Origin: an uncultured Verrucomicrobiae bacterium
GTDB lineage: Bacteria; Verrucomicrobiota; Verrucomicrobiia; Chthoniobacterales; UBA10450
Direction of reading: 5' to 3'
DNA: 64,000 nt
NCBI GenBank assembly: GCA_963801815.1
Contig: CAWDGJ010000003.1
Location: 160,001 to 224,000 of the forward strand
The notes under the pieces are model-generated. The model was given only the letters and a program-made list of their open reading frames with translations. It ran no database searches and had not been told where the DNA came from. Below, in pieces: positions 29,841 to 39,734 of the stretch. The position numbers and the translations under genes are program-made. Every line of letters begins with the position of its first letter. Positions within the stretch are counted from its first letter, which is position 1.

Positions 29841-32345
29841 ATGATACTCGATTCGTTTCGTCAGGATGTGCGCGTAGGACTGCGCATGCTGTTCAAAGAG
29901 AAATCGTTTTGTTTTCTGGCGACGCTTGTGCTTGCGCTGGGCATCGGCGGCGCGACCACGCAATTCACCGTGGTCAATGCGATCGTTCTGCGCGGCTTCT
30001 CGTTTCCACACCCCGAGCAGCTCGTCAGCGTGGGATTGATCGATCCCAAAGCGACGGCCCAAAACAATAACTTCGGAAACGGGCAGATTCCGGCAGCGCA
30101 GGACTACGAAGATCTCAAGGCGGCGCAGAAATCATTCTCGATGATGGCCGGCTACCTTTCCGGATCGACGATCAACATCAGTTACAAGAATAACCCGCAG
30201 CGTTACACCGGCGGCTATGTGACCGAGGATTTTTTCAAAATCGTTGGCGTATCACCGGTTTTAGGTCGCGACTTCACTGCCGAAGACAATAAGCCCGGCG
30301 CGGAGAAAACAGTCATTCTGGGTGACGAAATCTGGCGGCGCGATTTCAATGCCGACCCGAACATCATCGGACAAGGGGTTCGGGTTAATGGCAAGGCTGC
30401 AACCATCGTTGGAGTCATGCCGGCAGGCTTCAAGTTCCCGTTCTCGGAGGAGCTGTGGACCCCTTTATATAATGAGTTTCCCGTGACGCCGCGGGGCGAC
30501 TTGCGGCTTGGGGCGAACAATAACGCTCCTGCAGTTATTGGGCGGCTCAAACCAGATGTCACACTTGATCAAGTAAATGCGGAGTTTGTCGGGCTCGCGC
30601 GTCATTTGGCGGAGGACAATCCCAAGACGAATCAAAATTTCACGTCGGCCAGCGTTCAACCATTGCTCAATGCATTCACCGGCGTGCAGTTACGGCAAAC
30701 CGTTTGGGCGATGCTGGTCGCGGTCATCCTCGTGTTGCTGATCGCCTGCGTAAACGTGATGAATATGCAATTCGGTCGCGCGGCCCTGCGCGCCAAGGAA
30801 CTGGCGATTCGCGGAGCGCTTGGAGCGACCCGCTGGCGGCTGGTTAGGCAAATGTTGACCGAAAGTCTGGTCGTCGCCGTGTTTGGCACGGTAGCGGGTA
30901 TCGTTCTGGCCAACTGGTCAGTCGATATGCTGGCTCGAGCCGTTAGTGCCGCGCCGTTCCCTCCGCCTTATTGGTGGCATTTCACGATCGATGGTCGCGT
31001 GCTGGCGTTCACCCTGATTATAACGCTGGTGGCCACCATCGCTTCGGGTCTGGTGCCCGCATTTCTCAGCGCCAGAGCAAATGCGGCCGAGATCATGAAA
31101 GAGGGCGGCCGCGGCAATAGCAATCGGTTGGTCAATGTCATCACGCGCATCCTTGTGGTCGGTCAGATCGCGTTGACCGCCGCTCTTTTGATTGCCGCTA
31201 CATTGCAAATCAAATCGATCCGAAATCAGACTAAACTCGATTACGGCTACGACGAAAATGCGGTCTACGCCGCGCGGATGGCTTTGATGGAGGGAGCCTA
31301 CCCGACTCAGGACGCGCGCAGCGAGTTTTTCAGAAAGACGCTTCGCTCTTTGCGCGGCGGCTCGCAATTCGACTCCGTGTCACTCACCAGTCGCTTTCGG
31401 ATGACGTTTTCCGCTTCCGGGCAGTACGAGGTGGATGGGAAAAGTTATCTGACCGATCGCGATCGCCCGACGACAAATTTTGAGTACATCTCGGACAATT
31501 ACTTCACCACTCTCGGCCTGAAAATCTTGGAGGGCCGCGATTTCACCCTGGATGATTCCGATTCCAAACAGCCGCTGGCGATCGTGAATGCGAGCTTCGC
31601 CCGGAAGTATTGGGGGAATCAAAGCCCGTTGGGTCATCAGGTCCGCATTTTCAACCCGGGCCGGCCGGAGCCCTGGCGCACGATCGTTGGAGTCGTCCCC
31701 GATACGTTGATGCAGGGACCGTTCGATCAACAAACCGATAACGCCGGGTTCTACATGCCGCTTCTCGGTAGCAATTTACCAAATCAATTCTGCACCATTC
31801 TTGTTCGGCCGCGTTCTGGCGAGCGTGCGGAGACGCTCGGACCCGGGTTGAGCCGAGCAGTCGCGCAACTCGATCCGGATCTTCCAATTTATTTTCCAGG
31901 AACGCCCGCCGCCTTCCATCGCGAAATCCTGTCCGGTAATCGCCTGATCGCAACGCTGTTCACAATTTTTGGAGTTGTCGCGTTCATTCTCTCCGCGGTC
32001 GGACTCTATGGCGTGATGAGTTTTTCGGTGAACCAGCGAACGCAGGAATTCGGCATTCGCATGGCGTTGGGAGCGGATGCGGCGCGAATTTTCCGAATGG
32101 TGATGACGCAAGGCGCCTGGCAACTCGCCATTGGCCTTGTTCTCGGCGCAGGCGGTATTGCATTGCTTCTGGGAGTCGTCGCGGCCGCGGCGTTGAAAAA
32201 TATTCTCTTCAAGGTCAACGCGCTCGACCCAACGATTTATTTCGCGGTGGCCGGCTTACTAACCCTTGTTGCGGCTGTCTCGTGCTTTGTTCCCGCGCGC
32301 CGTGCTACGCGCGTCGATCCAATGGTCGCGCTCCGCTATGAGTAA
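29841..32345 (+). CDS. Duplicated MacB/FtsX ABC permease (ADOP type) 3
   Basis: LALGIGGATTQF, LLIACVNV, KELAIRGALGA, QRTQEFGIRMALGA, DPMVALRYE. Confidence 0.93.
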   Translation: MILDSFRQDVRVGLRMLFKEKSFCFLATLVLALGIGGATTQFTVVNAIVLRGFSFPHPEQLVSVGLIDPKATAQNNNFGNGQIPAAQDYEDLKAAQKSFSMMAGYLSGSTINISYKNNPQRYTGGYVTEDFFKIVGVSPVLGRDFTAEDNKPGAEKTVILGDEIWRRDFNADPNIIGQGVRVNGKAATIVGVMPAGFKFPFSEELWTPLYNEFPVTPRGDLRLGANNNAPAVIGRLKPDVTLDQVNAEFVGLARHLAEDNPKTNQNFTSASVQPLLNAFTGVQLRQTVWAMLVAVILVLLIACVNVMNMQFGRAALRAKELAIRGALGATRWRLVRQMLTESLVVAVFGTVAGIVLANWSVDMLARAVSAAPFPPPYWWHFTIDGRVLAFTLIITLVATIASGLVPAFLSARANAAEIMKEGGRGNSNRLVNVITRILVVGQIALTAALLIAATLQIKSIRNQTKLDYGYDENAVYAARMALMEGAYPTQDARSEFFRKTLRSLRGGSQFDSVSLTSRFRMTFSASGQYEVDGKSYLTDRDRPTTNFEYISDNYFTTLGLKILEGRDFTLDDSDSKQPLAIVNASFARKYWGNQSPLGHQVRIFNPGRPEPWRTIVGVVPDTLMQGPFDQQTDNAGFYMPLLGSNLPNQFCTILVRPRSGERAETLGPGLSRAVAQLDPDLPIYFPGTPAAFHREILSGNRLIATLFTIFGVVAFILSAVGLYGVMSFSVNQRTQEFGIRMALGADAARIFRMVMTQGAWQLAIGLVLGAGGIALLLGVVAAAALKNILFKVNALDPTIYFAVAGLLTLVAAVSCFVPARRATRVDPMVALRYE

Positions 32346-32368
32346 CACCAACGCAACGGATAGGAAAA

Positions 32369-34825
32369 ATGCTTGAGGATTTCCGCTTCGCGTTTCGACA
32401 ACTGGTCAAGAATCCCGGTTTCACACTGATTGCGATTTTTGCGCTCGCCCTCGGAATTGGCGCCAACACCGCGATCTTCAGCGTCGTCAACGCAGTCTTG
32501 TTGCGGCCGCTGCCGTATCCCGATTCCGAAAAATTGATCGTATTGCGGGAACGCTCCAGCGTTTTCGAGCGTGGTGCAGTCGGTTACATGAACTGGGTCG
32601 ACTGGCACGCCGCACAGCGAAGCTTTACAGATCTCGCACTCGTTAGGCGCGAAAACTTCAACTTTTCGCTGGGCACAAGCGGTGGCACGCCCGAACGCAT
32701 TCGTGGCGTTCGCGCGAGCGCGGGTTTTCTTTCGGAGCTCGGATTGAAACCGTTGATCGGTCGCGATCTTACTCCGGCCGAAAATCTCGACGGCGCGCCC
32801 AACGTCGCGTTGATCAGCGAAAATTTGTGGCGGAAACATTTTGCCGGTTCGCCCGATGTTTTGGGGCGTCGCGCGTTGATTGACGGCCTGGACCGCGAGA
32901 TCGTAGGCGTTTTTTCGGCTCAATTGCAATTTGGTCGCAATCCCGACGTTCTAATTCCGCTGGGCGAGATCGTGAAAGATCCCGGAATGCAAAGCCGTGA
33001 CAATCATCAGGGATTTGCAGGGCTCGGCCGTTTGAAACCGGGAGTGACGATGGCCCAGGCCGACAGCGATCTGAATGCGATTGCGGCCGATCTAGAGAAA
33101 AAATATCCGCAATCGAATACTGGCCGCCGCGTGATGATGCGGCCGTTGTTTGACACGACGGTCGGAGATTATCGCGCGAGTTTGAATTTGCTTCTCGCCG
33201 CCGTCGCGTGTGTTTTGCTAATTGCGTGCGCCAATGTCGCTAATCTGCAATTGGCACGCGCGCTTGCTCGATCAAAAGAAATGGCAGTGCGCGCCGCGCT
33301 TGGCGCGAGCCGTTGGACTATCGCGCGTCAACTTTTGGTTGAGAGCACGCTCATCGCAGTGATTGGCGCAACTGCCGGAGCTTTGCTGACGGTCTGGAGT
33401 TTGGATGCAATTCTCACGCTGACGCCCGCTGAGGTCGCTCGGTTTCACGAAACGCGGATCGATCTTAGTGTCCTCGGCTTTACAACGATCGTGGCCTTGG
33501 TAGCTGGAATTTTGGTTGGCGTTTGGCCAGCCTGGCGAATTTCGCACACCGCTTCGCTTTCCGTTGCTTTGCACGAAGTCGGCACCCGCGGATCGAGCGA
33601 CGGCGCGGGGCGGCAACGGATGCGGTCGGGATTAGTCGTGACGCAGGTCGCGTTGGCGATCGTGCTGCTTGCCGGCGCAGGATTGACCTTGAAAAGTTTT
33701 TGGCATGCGGAAAATGCGCCGCTCGGCTTCAATCCGCATGGCATCGTAAATTTTGCAATCTCGCTGCCGGACGCGAAATATAAAAAAGCCGAGGAGAAGG
33801 ATGCGTTCTGGACGCGGTTGCTCGAACGTGTGCAAAATCTTCCCGGCGTCGAAGCGGCGGCCATTAGCGCGAACAGCCCGTTCGACGATAACGAATGGGA
33901 CAGCGGTTTTCACGTGACCGGGACGCCACCGGCTCCGCTGGGCCAAAAACCGCCCGCCGAAGTTAGTCCCGTTTCGCCGGATTATTTCCGCGTCATGGGA
34001 ATGCCGATTCTTCGCGGCCGCGGGTTTGGACACCAAGATCCGCCGGGTGAGAAAGGCCACTCGCGCTCGATCATTATCGATGAATCGTTCGCGCGGAAGT
34101 ATTTCTCCGGCAAAGATCCGATCGGGCAGCACATTGACGACAATCAAACGCTGGATGAAAAGGCACCCCCGATGACGATTGTCGGTGTCGTTCCCCGAAC
34201 ACGGAACGATGCGCCGGGCGAGGACAATTCGGAAAAGCTCCAGATGGTCCAGGAATATCTGCTGGCATCTCAAGCCCCAGAAGGCGCCAACAATCTACAC
34301 GTTCGGACGAGCCTCACGGACATCGGACCGTTGATCGCCGCAGTGAAGCACGAAGTGCAGGCGCTCGATGCAGACCAACCGATTGGCCAGATCACGACCA
34401 TGGACCAAGCGGTCGCCTCAAGTCTCGCCACTCGACGCTTAACGATGGTGCTATTGGCCGCCTTCGCGGTCCTCGCGCTCGTATTGGCCAGCGTTGGTTT
34501 GTATGGCGTGATGGCGCTGACGGTCACGCAGCGGACCCGCGAACTTGGGATTCGAATGGCGCTCGGCGCCGCGCGCACAAATATTTTTCGGCTGGTGCTC
34601 GGTCACGGTATTTCACTCGTCGGTGTCGGAGTCATTGTTGGTCTTCTCGGCGCGATTGCGGTTGGCCGCGCCTTGATGTCGTTGCTTTACAACGTCGGCG
34701 CACTCGATGCCGGCGCCGTTGTCACTGCGATCTTTTCGCTAACGGCCGTCGCCTTGATCGCGTGTTGCGTTCCGGCCCGGCGCGCCACTCGCGTTGATCC
34801 AATCGTCGCTTTGAGGACCGAATAA
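32369..34825 (+). CDS. Duplicated MacB/FtsX ABC permease (ADOP type) 4
   Basis: LALGIGANTAIFSVVNAVLLRPLPY, LLIACANVANL, QRTRELGIRMALGA, DPIVALRTE. Confidence 0.93.
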   Translation: MLEDFRFAFRQLVKNPGFTLIAIFALALGIGANTAIFSVVNAVLLRPLPYPDSEKLIVLRERSSVFERGAVGYMNWVDWHAAQRSFTDLALVRRENFNFSLGTSGGTPERIRGVRASAGFLSELGLKPLIGRDLTPAENLDGAPNVALISENLWRKHFAGSPDVLGRRALIDGLDREIVGVFSAQLQFGRNPDVLIPLGEIVKDPGMQSRDNHQGFAGLGRLKPGVTMAQADSDLNAIAADLEKKYPQSNTGRRVMMRPLFDTTVGDYRASLNLLLAAVACVLLIACANVANLQLARALARSKEMAVRAALGASRWTIARQLLVESTLIAVIGATAGALLTVWSLDAILTLTPAEVARFHETRIDLSVLGFTTIVALVAGILVGVWPAWRISHTASLSVALHEVGTRGSSDGAGRQRMRSGLVVTQVALAIVLLAGAGLTLKSFWHAENAPLGFNPHGIVNFAISLPDAKYKKAEEKDAFWTRLLERVQNLPGVEAAAISANSPFDDNEWDSGFHVTGTPPAPLGQKPPAEVSPVSPDYFRVMGMPILRGRGFGHQDPPGEKGHSRSIIIDESFARKYFSGKDPIGQHIDDNQTLDEKAPPMTIVGVVPRTRNDAPGEDNSEKLQMVQEYLLASQAPEGANNLHVRTSLTDIGPLIAAVKHEVQALDADQPIGQITTMDQAVASSLATRRLTMVLLAAFAVLALVLASVGLYGVMALTVTQRTRELGIRMALGAARTNIFRLVLGHGISLVGVGVIVGLLGAIAVGRALMSLLYNVGALDAGAVVTAIFSLTAVALIACCVPARRATRVDPIVALRTE

Positions 34826-34835
34826 ATTTGCGCGC

Positions 34836-37253
34836 ATGAATCATTTTCGTCTCGCATTCCGGCAGCTGATTAAGAATCCAGCATTCTCTGCGGTCGCAAT
34901 CGCAACACTTGCGCTCGGAATCGGAGCGAACACCGCCATCTTCAGCATCGTCAACGCGGTGTTGTTGCGGCCGCTTCCGTATCCCGACGCGGACCGCATC
35001 ATGGTGCTGCATGAATCTTCCGGGCCCGGACAGGATTACGCGGTTGCGTTGCCGGACTATCTTGACTGGCAAAAGGACAACACCGTTTTCGAGAATCTCG
35101 CCGCGACTCACAAGGAATCGCGAAACTTGAGCGGCATTCCTGGTCGTGACCCAGAACGGATCTCGGGCGCCGCGGTCACTCGAAATTTTTTCCACATCAT
35201 TGGGCTGCCAACCGAAATCGGCCGAACATTCGGTGAAAATGAAGACAAAGCCGGCGCGCCGCCGGTCGTCATAATCAGCGATCGTTTGTGGAGGCGCGCA
35301 TTCAATGCAGACCCTTCAGTGCTCGGACGCGCGATCACGCTGCACGATCAGAGCTACACAATCATCGGCGTGATGTCTCCGCAGGTGACTTCGCCGCAAG
35401 ACAGCGATTTTTGGATTTCGATGAACCGACGAATCGCCGGCATCTGGATGCAGCGTTTCATTCATCCAATGATTTACGTCTGGGGCAAACTCAAACCGGG
35501 CGTCACGGTCGAACAAGCGCGTACGGAAATGAAGGGAATCGCCGCGCGTTTGGAGAAAGCCTATCCGGATACCAACGGCCAGGAGACGGTAGTCGTCACG
35601 CCCCTGCTCGATAATCTCGTCGGTAAGTATAAGACAAATCTCGCGCTGCTTCTCGGAGCTGTCGGTCTGGTCTTGCTGATCGCGTGCGCGAATCTGGCCA
35701 ATTTGTTCGCTGCGCGTGGGGCCGCTCGCTCCCGCGAATTTGCCATCCATGCGGCCGTCGGTGCGACGCGCGGACAAATCATCAAAAAGCTTTTGATCGA
35801 GAGTTTTGTGATCGCGATCCTCGGCGGAGCACTCGGATTTTTGATCGCGGTTTGGGTCCGTAACGGTTTGATCGCATTGAGTCCGGGAGATGTCTCGCGT
35901 TTTCATCAGGTCTCGTTCGATCTTCCCGTTCTCGGTTTCACGTTTTTGATTGCATCATTCACGACGGTGCTCTTTGGATTGTGGCCGGCGTGGCAGGCGT
36001 CGCACGCTGATGTGCAGCTCGCATTGAAAGAGGGATCGGCTGGCAGCGGGGATCCGCCTTCAGCCAAGCGCGCGCGCGATTGGCTCGTTGTCGCTGAAAT
36101 CGCGCTCACTTTGACACTGCTGGTTGCGGCCGGCCTTGTTTTGAAAAGTTTTTCGCGGATGCAGAACGTTAAACTTGGTTACGAGCCGCACGGTCTTCTC
36201 ACGGCGCGGCTGGAACTTCCCTTCAGAGTTTATTCGACGCGGGAGAAAGTGACGGCGTTCGCCAATGCGCTTCTGGAAAAGGTTCGGGCACTGCCAGGAG
36301 TTCAAAGCGTCGGGTTTGGGTCCAACTCGCCGCTTATGGGCGGCTGGCAAACCGGTTTCTATCGCGAGGGCGTTCCGACTCCCACTCCGAGCGATATGCC
36401 GTCCGCCGACCTTGAAGTCATTGCCGGCGATTACTTCACGGCATTCAAAGTGCCGCTGCTCCGTGGTCGCACTTTCAATGCGGGAGACACAGCGAATTCG
36501 CCGCGCGTCATTGTGGTCGATCAGGCTTTGGCCGAGCAAATCTTTCCCGGCGAAGACCCTATCGGTAAACGCCTGGCCGTCGATGCAGGCAACGATAACG
36601 AAGGCTATGTTATGTCTGAGATCGTTGGCGTCGTCGCGCGGATGCGTTTTCACGCGATCGATGAGATGGCGCCGCAGCCGGTGATTTACTGCTCGATGGC
36701 GCAAGCGCAAAGAACGGGTCTCGGTCTTTTTGTTCGTTCTAATATGAACGTTGCGTCGTTTGCCAAATCACTTCGCGACGTCGTGAACTCGATCGATCCT
36801 TCCCAACCGATCTACGACGTGCAGCCAATGTTGGATCGCGTTCAGGAAACCTGGGGAACGCACCGCTTGTTAAGTTTTCTTTTTTCAATTTTTGCCGGGC
36901 TCGCGCTGGTGCTGGCGACCATCGGTCTTTACGGATTGCTCGCCTATACCACGCTCAAACGCGTCCGTGAAATCGGTGTTCGCCTCGCTCTTGGCGCGCG
37001 CCCGGCTCAGATTTGCATGCTTGTCCTGTCACATGGTTTGCAATTGCTCTTGATCGGGTCGGCGATTGGCCTCGTCGCAGCTCTTGCGTTGTCGCGAGCG
37101 CTGCAAAGCGTGCTCTTTGACGTCAAAGGGATCGATCCGCGGATTTATCTCGGCGTCGGCGCCATCCTCTTTGCTGCAACGTTCTTGGCTGCGTGGGTCC
37201 CAGCGCGTCGCGCCTCTCGGGTCGATCCGATCGTTGCGCTGCGAACGGAGTAA
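34836..37253 (+). CDS. Duplicated MacB/FtsX ABC permease (ADOP type) 5
   Basis: LALGIGANTAIFSIVNAVLLRPLPY, LLIACANLANL, REIGVRLALGA, DPIVALRTE. Confidence 0.93.
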   Translation: MNHFRLAFRQLIKNPAFSAVAIATLALGIGANTAIFSIVNAVLLRPLPYPDADRIMVLHESSGPGQDYAVALPDYLDWQKDNTVFENLAATHKESRNLSGIPGRDPERISGAAVTRNFFHIIGLPTEIGRTFGENEDKAGAPPVVIISDRLWRRAFNADPSVLGRAITLHDQSYTIIGVMSPQVTSPQDSDFWISMNRRIAGIWMQRFIHPMIYVWGKLKPGVTVEQARTEMKGIAARLEKAYPDTNGQETVVVTPLLDNLVGKYKTNLALLLGAVGLVLLIACANLANLFAARGAARSREFAIHAAVGATRGQIIKKLLIESFVIAILGGALGFLIAVWVRNGLIALSPGDVSRFHQVSFDLPVLGFTFLIASFTTVLFGLWPAWQASHADVQLALKEGSAGSGDPPSAKRARDWLVVAEIALTLTLLVAAGLVLKSFSRMQNVKLGYEPHGLLTARLELPFRVYSTREKVTAFANALLEKVRALPGVQSVGFGSNSPLMGGWQTGFYREGVPTPTPSDMPSADLEVIAGDYFTAFKVPLLRGRTFNAGDTANSPRVIVVDQALAEQIFPGEDPIGKRLAVDAGNDNEGYVMSEIVGVVARMRFHAIDEMAPQPVIYCSMAQAQRTGLGLFVRSNMNVASFAKSLRDVVNSIDPSQPIYDVQPMLDRVQETWGTHRLLSFLFSIFAGLALVLATIGLYGLLAYTTLKRVREIGVRLALGARPAQICMLVLSHGLQLLLIGSAIGLVAALALSRALQSVLFDVKGIDPRIYLGVGAILFAATFLAAWVPARRASRVDPIVALRTE

Positions 37254-37259
37254 CCCCTT

Positions 37260-39704
37260 ATGAGGACGTTTCGCCACTCTTTGCGCGGTCTGATCAAGCA
37301 GCCGCTCTTCAGTGGAATTGTGATTCTGACGTTCGCTCTCGGAATTGGGGCCAATAGCGCTGTGTTCAGCGTGCTGAATGCCGTCTTGTTGCGGCCGTTG
37401 CCGTTTCACGATCCGCAAAATCTCGTTGCGATGGGCGAATTCGATTCACGCGAAAAGGCGGGTCCGGGAATAGAGATCGATTCGATCTCATACCTCGATT
37501 ACGTCGATTGGCGGGACCAGAAGTCCGTTTTCGAACACGTCGCCGTCTACACCAATCAGGGTGTTAGCACACTGACCGATGGCAATGAAGCATTGCATAT
37601 TCAGGGCGAGACCGTCTCAGCCGATTTGTTTCCGCTTCTTGGAGTTCAGCCGGTGCTCGGCCGGGTGTTCTTGCCGAAAGAAGACGAACCGGGCAATCAC
37701 GTTGTGATCTTGAGTCACGAGCTGTGGCAACGGCGGTTTGGCGCCGATCCCAATATCCTGGGAAGAAACGTGACGCTCGACGGTCAGCCGTTTCAGGTAG
37801 TTGGCGTAATGCCGCCACGATTTAGCTTCCCGATCCGCTCGATATCGCCGGAACTTTGGGTGCCGGTGTCGGTCCTGCGCGAAACAAAGGATGGCTCGAC
37901 GCCAATGACCGAGCAGCGCGACGACGATTTTTTCTCTTGCATCGCGCGACTGAAATCGGGCGTCTCCATCCAACAAGCGCAGGCCAACATCGACACCGTT
38001 ACCGCGAATTGGCGTCGGCAATATCCTGACACGAAACTTTATGTTGGCGCGAAAGTCGTCCCCGAAATCAGCGCGATGATTGGCAGCACCGATTCGGCGC
38101 TGGTGATGCTGTGCGCGATGGCGGGCTGCGTCTTGCTCGTCGCTTGCGTCAACGTCGCGAACTTGTTGCTGGCCCGGGCACTCTCGCGCAATCGGGAGAT
38201 CAGCATCCGTGCCGCGCTCGGCGCGGGACGCTGGCAGATCATCAAGCAACTGCTGGCCGAAAGTACCCTGCTCGGTGCGCTTGGCGGTCTTGCAGGATTA
38301 TTGATCGCGATCTGGGGAATCGACTCGCTTAAAGCTTTTCTGCCGAGCATCCCGCGAATCAACGAAATTTCACCGGACCTTCGTGTTCTGGCGTTCACAA
38401 CGGTGGTTAGTCTGGGTGTGGGGATGATTGCCGGACTTCTGCCGGCATGGCGCGCCTCGCGTCCGAATCTCGTGAGCTCGTTGAACGAAAGTTCGCGCGG
38501 TTCGAGCGAAGGCACTGGCGGTCATACGCGGGCCGCGCTAGTGATGGTCGAGATTGTCCTGGCGCTCGTCCTTCTGGCGAGTGCGGGATTGCTCGCCGAA
38601 AGTTTTGTTCGCCTGCAAAAAGTTCCGGCCGGTTTCGACACGACGAACGTGATGACGGCTCGCGTTGCGCTTCCGGACAAAAATTATCCGAAACCACAGG
38701 ATTCCGCCGCGTTTTTCAAGAAGCTGCTTGACCGGGTTTCAACGCTTCCCGGCGTACGGTCAGCTGGCGCGGCCTGGTGGGTTCCACTCAGCGGCAGCGA
38801 GATTTCTTTTAATCTCAATTTCGAACAGCGACCAGTGCCTGTGGGTCAGGAGCCGGTTGCGCAAGTCAACGTCGTGACGCCCGACTTCTTCCAAACCGTG
38901 CGCGCTCAAATCCGCTCCGGCCGCACGTTTACCGAACGCGACGATCTAAACGCACCGAAAGTGGCTATTGTGTCCGAAAGTTTCGCCAAGCAATTTTTCC
39001 CGGGCGAAGATCCAATCGGCAAACGAATTATCCCAAACGGATCAGTCGATCCCGGCAAACCGCCTGTGCGTGAAATCGTCGGCGTTGTCGCCGACATGCA
39101 TCTGATCAGCTTGCGAGATAAACCAAAGCCGCAGATTTATCTGCCGCTCCAACAATTCGGAATCGGTTCATTATCGATCTTTGTGCGAACAGATGTCGAT
39201 CCGCAATCGATCACGAACGCGTTGCGTCGAACCGTCACCGAGCTCGACAAGGATGTTCCGATTTATCGGACGCGCACCTTTGCCGACTACATGTCTCATT
39301 CGATTGCGCAACCGCGTTTGAATGCAATGCTGGTCGGTTTGTTCGCTCTGATCGCGTTGCTTCTGGCCGCTGCGGGAATTTTCGGCGTGATGAGCTACTC
39401 GGTCACGCAGCGAACGCAGGAAATTGGAATTCGTCTCGCACTTGGCGCACAACGGTACGATGTTTTGCGGCTTATCATCGGGCAGGGGATGCGTTTCGTG
39501 GGCATCGGTGTTCTGCTTGGTTTGCTCGGCGTATTTGCCTGCACGCGCCTGCTGCAAAGTCTGCTCTTCGGCATCGGTGCGACTGATTTGCCGACGATGC
39601 TCGGTGTTACTTTGATACTAAGCGCAGTCGCGTTCATCGCGTGTCTGTTGCCGGCGCGCCGCGCTACCCTGGTGGATCCCGTTCGAGCGCTGCGAGCTGA
39701 ATGA
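37260..39704 (+). CDS. Duplicated MacB/FtsX ABC permease (ADOP type) 6
   Basis: FALGIGANSAVFS, LLVACVNVANL, QRTQEIGIRLALGA, DPVRALRAE. Confidence 0.93.
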   Translation: MRTFRHSLRGLIKQPLFSGIVILTFALGIGANSAVFSVLNAVLLRPLPFHDPQNLVAMGEFDSREKAGPGIEIDSISYLDYVDWRDQKSVFEHVAVYTNQGVSTLTDGNEALHIQGETVSADLFPLLGVQPVLGRVFLPKEDEPGNHVVILSHELWQRRFGADPNILGRNVTLDGQPFQVVGVMPPRFSFPIRSISPELWVPVSVLRETKDGSTPMTEQRDDDFFSCIARLKSGVSIQQAQANIDTVTANWRRQYPDTKLYVGAKVVPEISAMIGSTDSALVMLCAMAGCVLLVACVNVANLLLARALSRNREISIRAALGAGRWQIIKQLLAESTLLGALGGLAGLLIAIWGIDSLKAFLPSIPRINEISPDLRVLAFTTVVSLGVGMIAGLLPAWRASRPNLVSSLNESSRGSSEGTGGHTRAALVMVEIVLALVLLASAGLLAESFVRLQKVPAGFDTTNVMTARVALPDKNYPKPQDSAAFFKKLLDRVSTLPGVRSAGAAWWVPLSGSEISFNLNFEQRPVPVGQEPVAQVNVVTPDFFQTVRAQIRSGRTFTERDDLNAPKVAIVSESFAKQFFPGEDPIGKRIIPNGSVDPGKPPVREIVGVVADMHLISLRDKPKPQIYLPLQQFGIGSLSIFVRTDVDPQSITNALRRTVTELDKDVPIYRTRTFADYMSHSIAQPRLNAMLVGLFALIALLLAAAGIFGVMSYSVTQRTQEIGIRLALGAQRYDVLRLIIGQGMRFVGIGVLLGLLGVFACTRLLQSLLFGIGATDLPTMLGVTLILSAVAFIACLLPARRATLVDPVRALRAE

Positions 39705-39734
39705 ATTTCTTAAAGTCTCAATCCCACAATTCTT

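Noticed and set aside
29013..30062. 349-aa antisense ORF, and the similar one at 23338-24201
   Set aside because: Both lie opposite well-supported ABC ATPase and permease genes and have no independent features.
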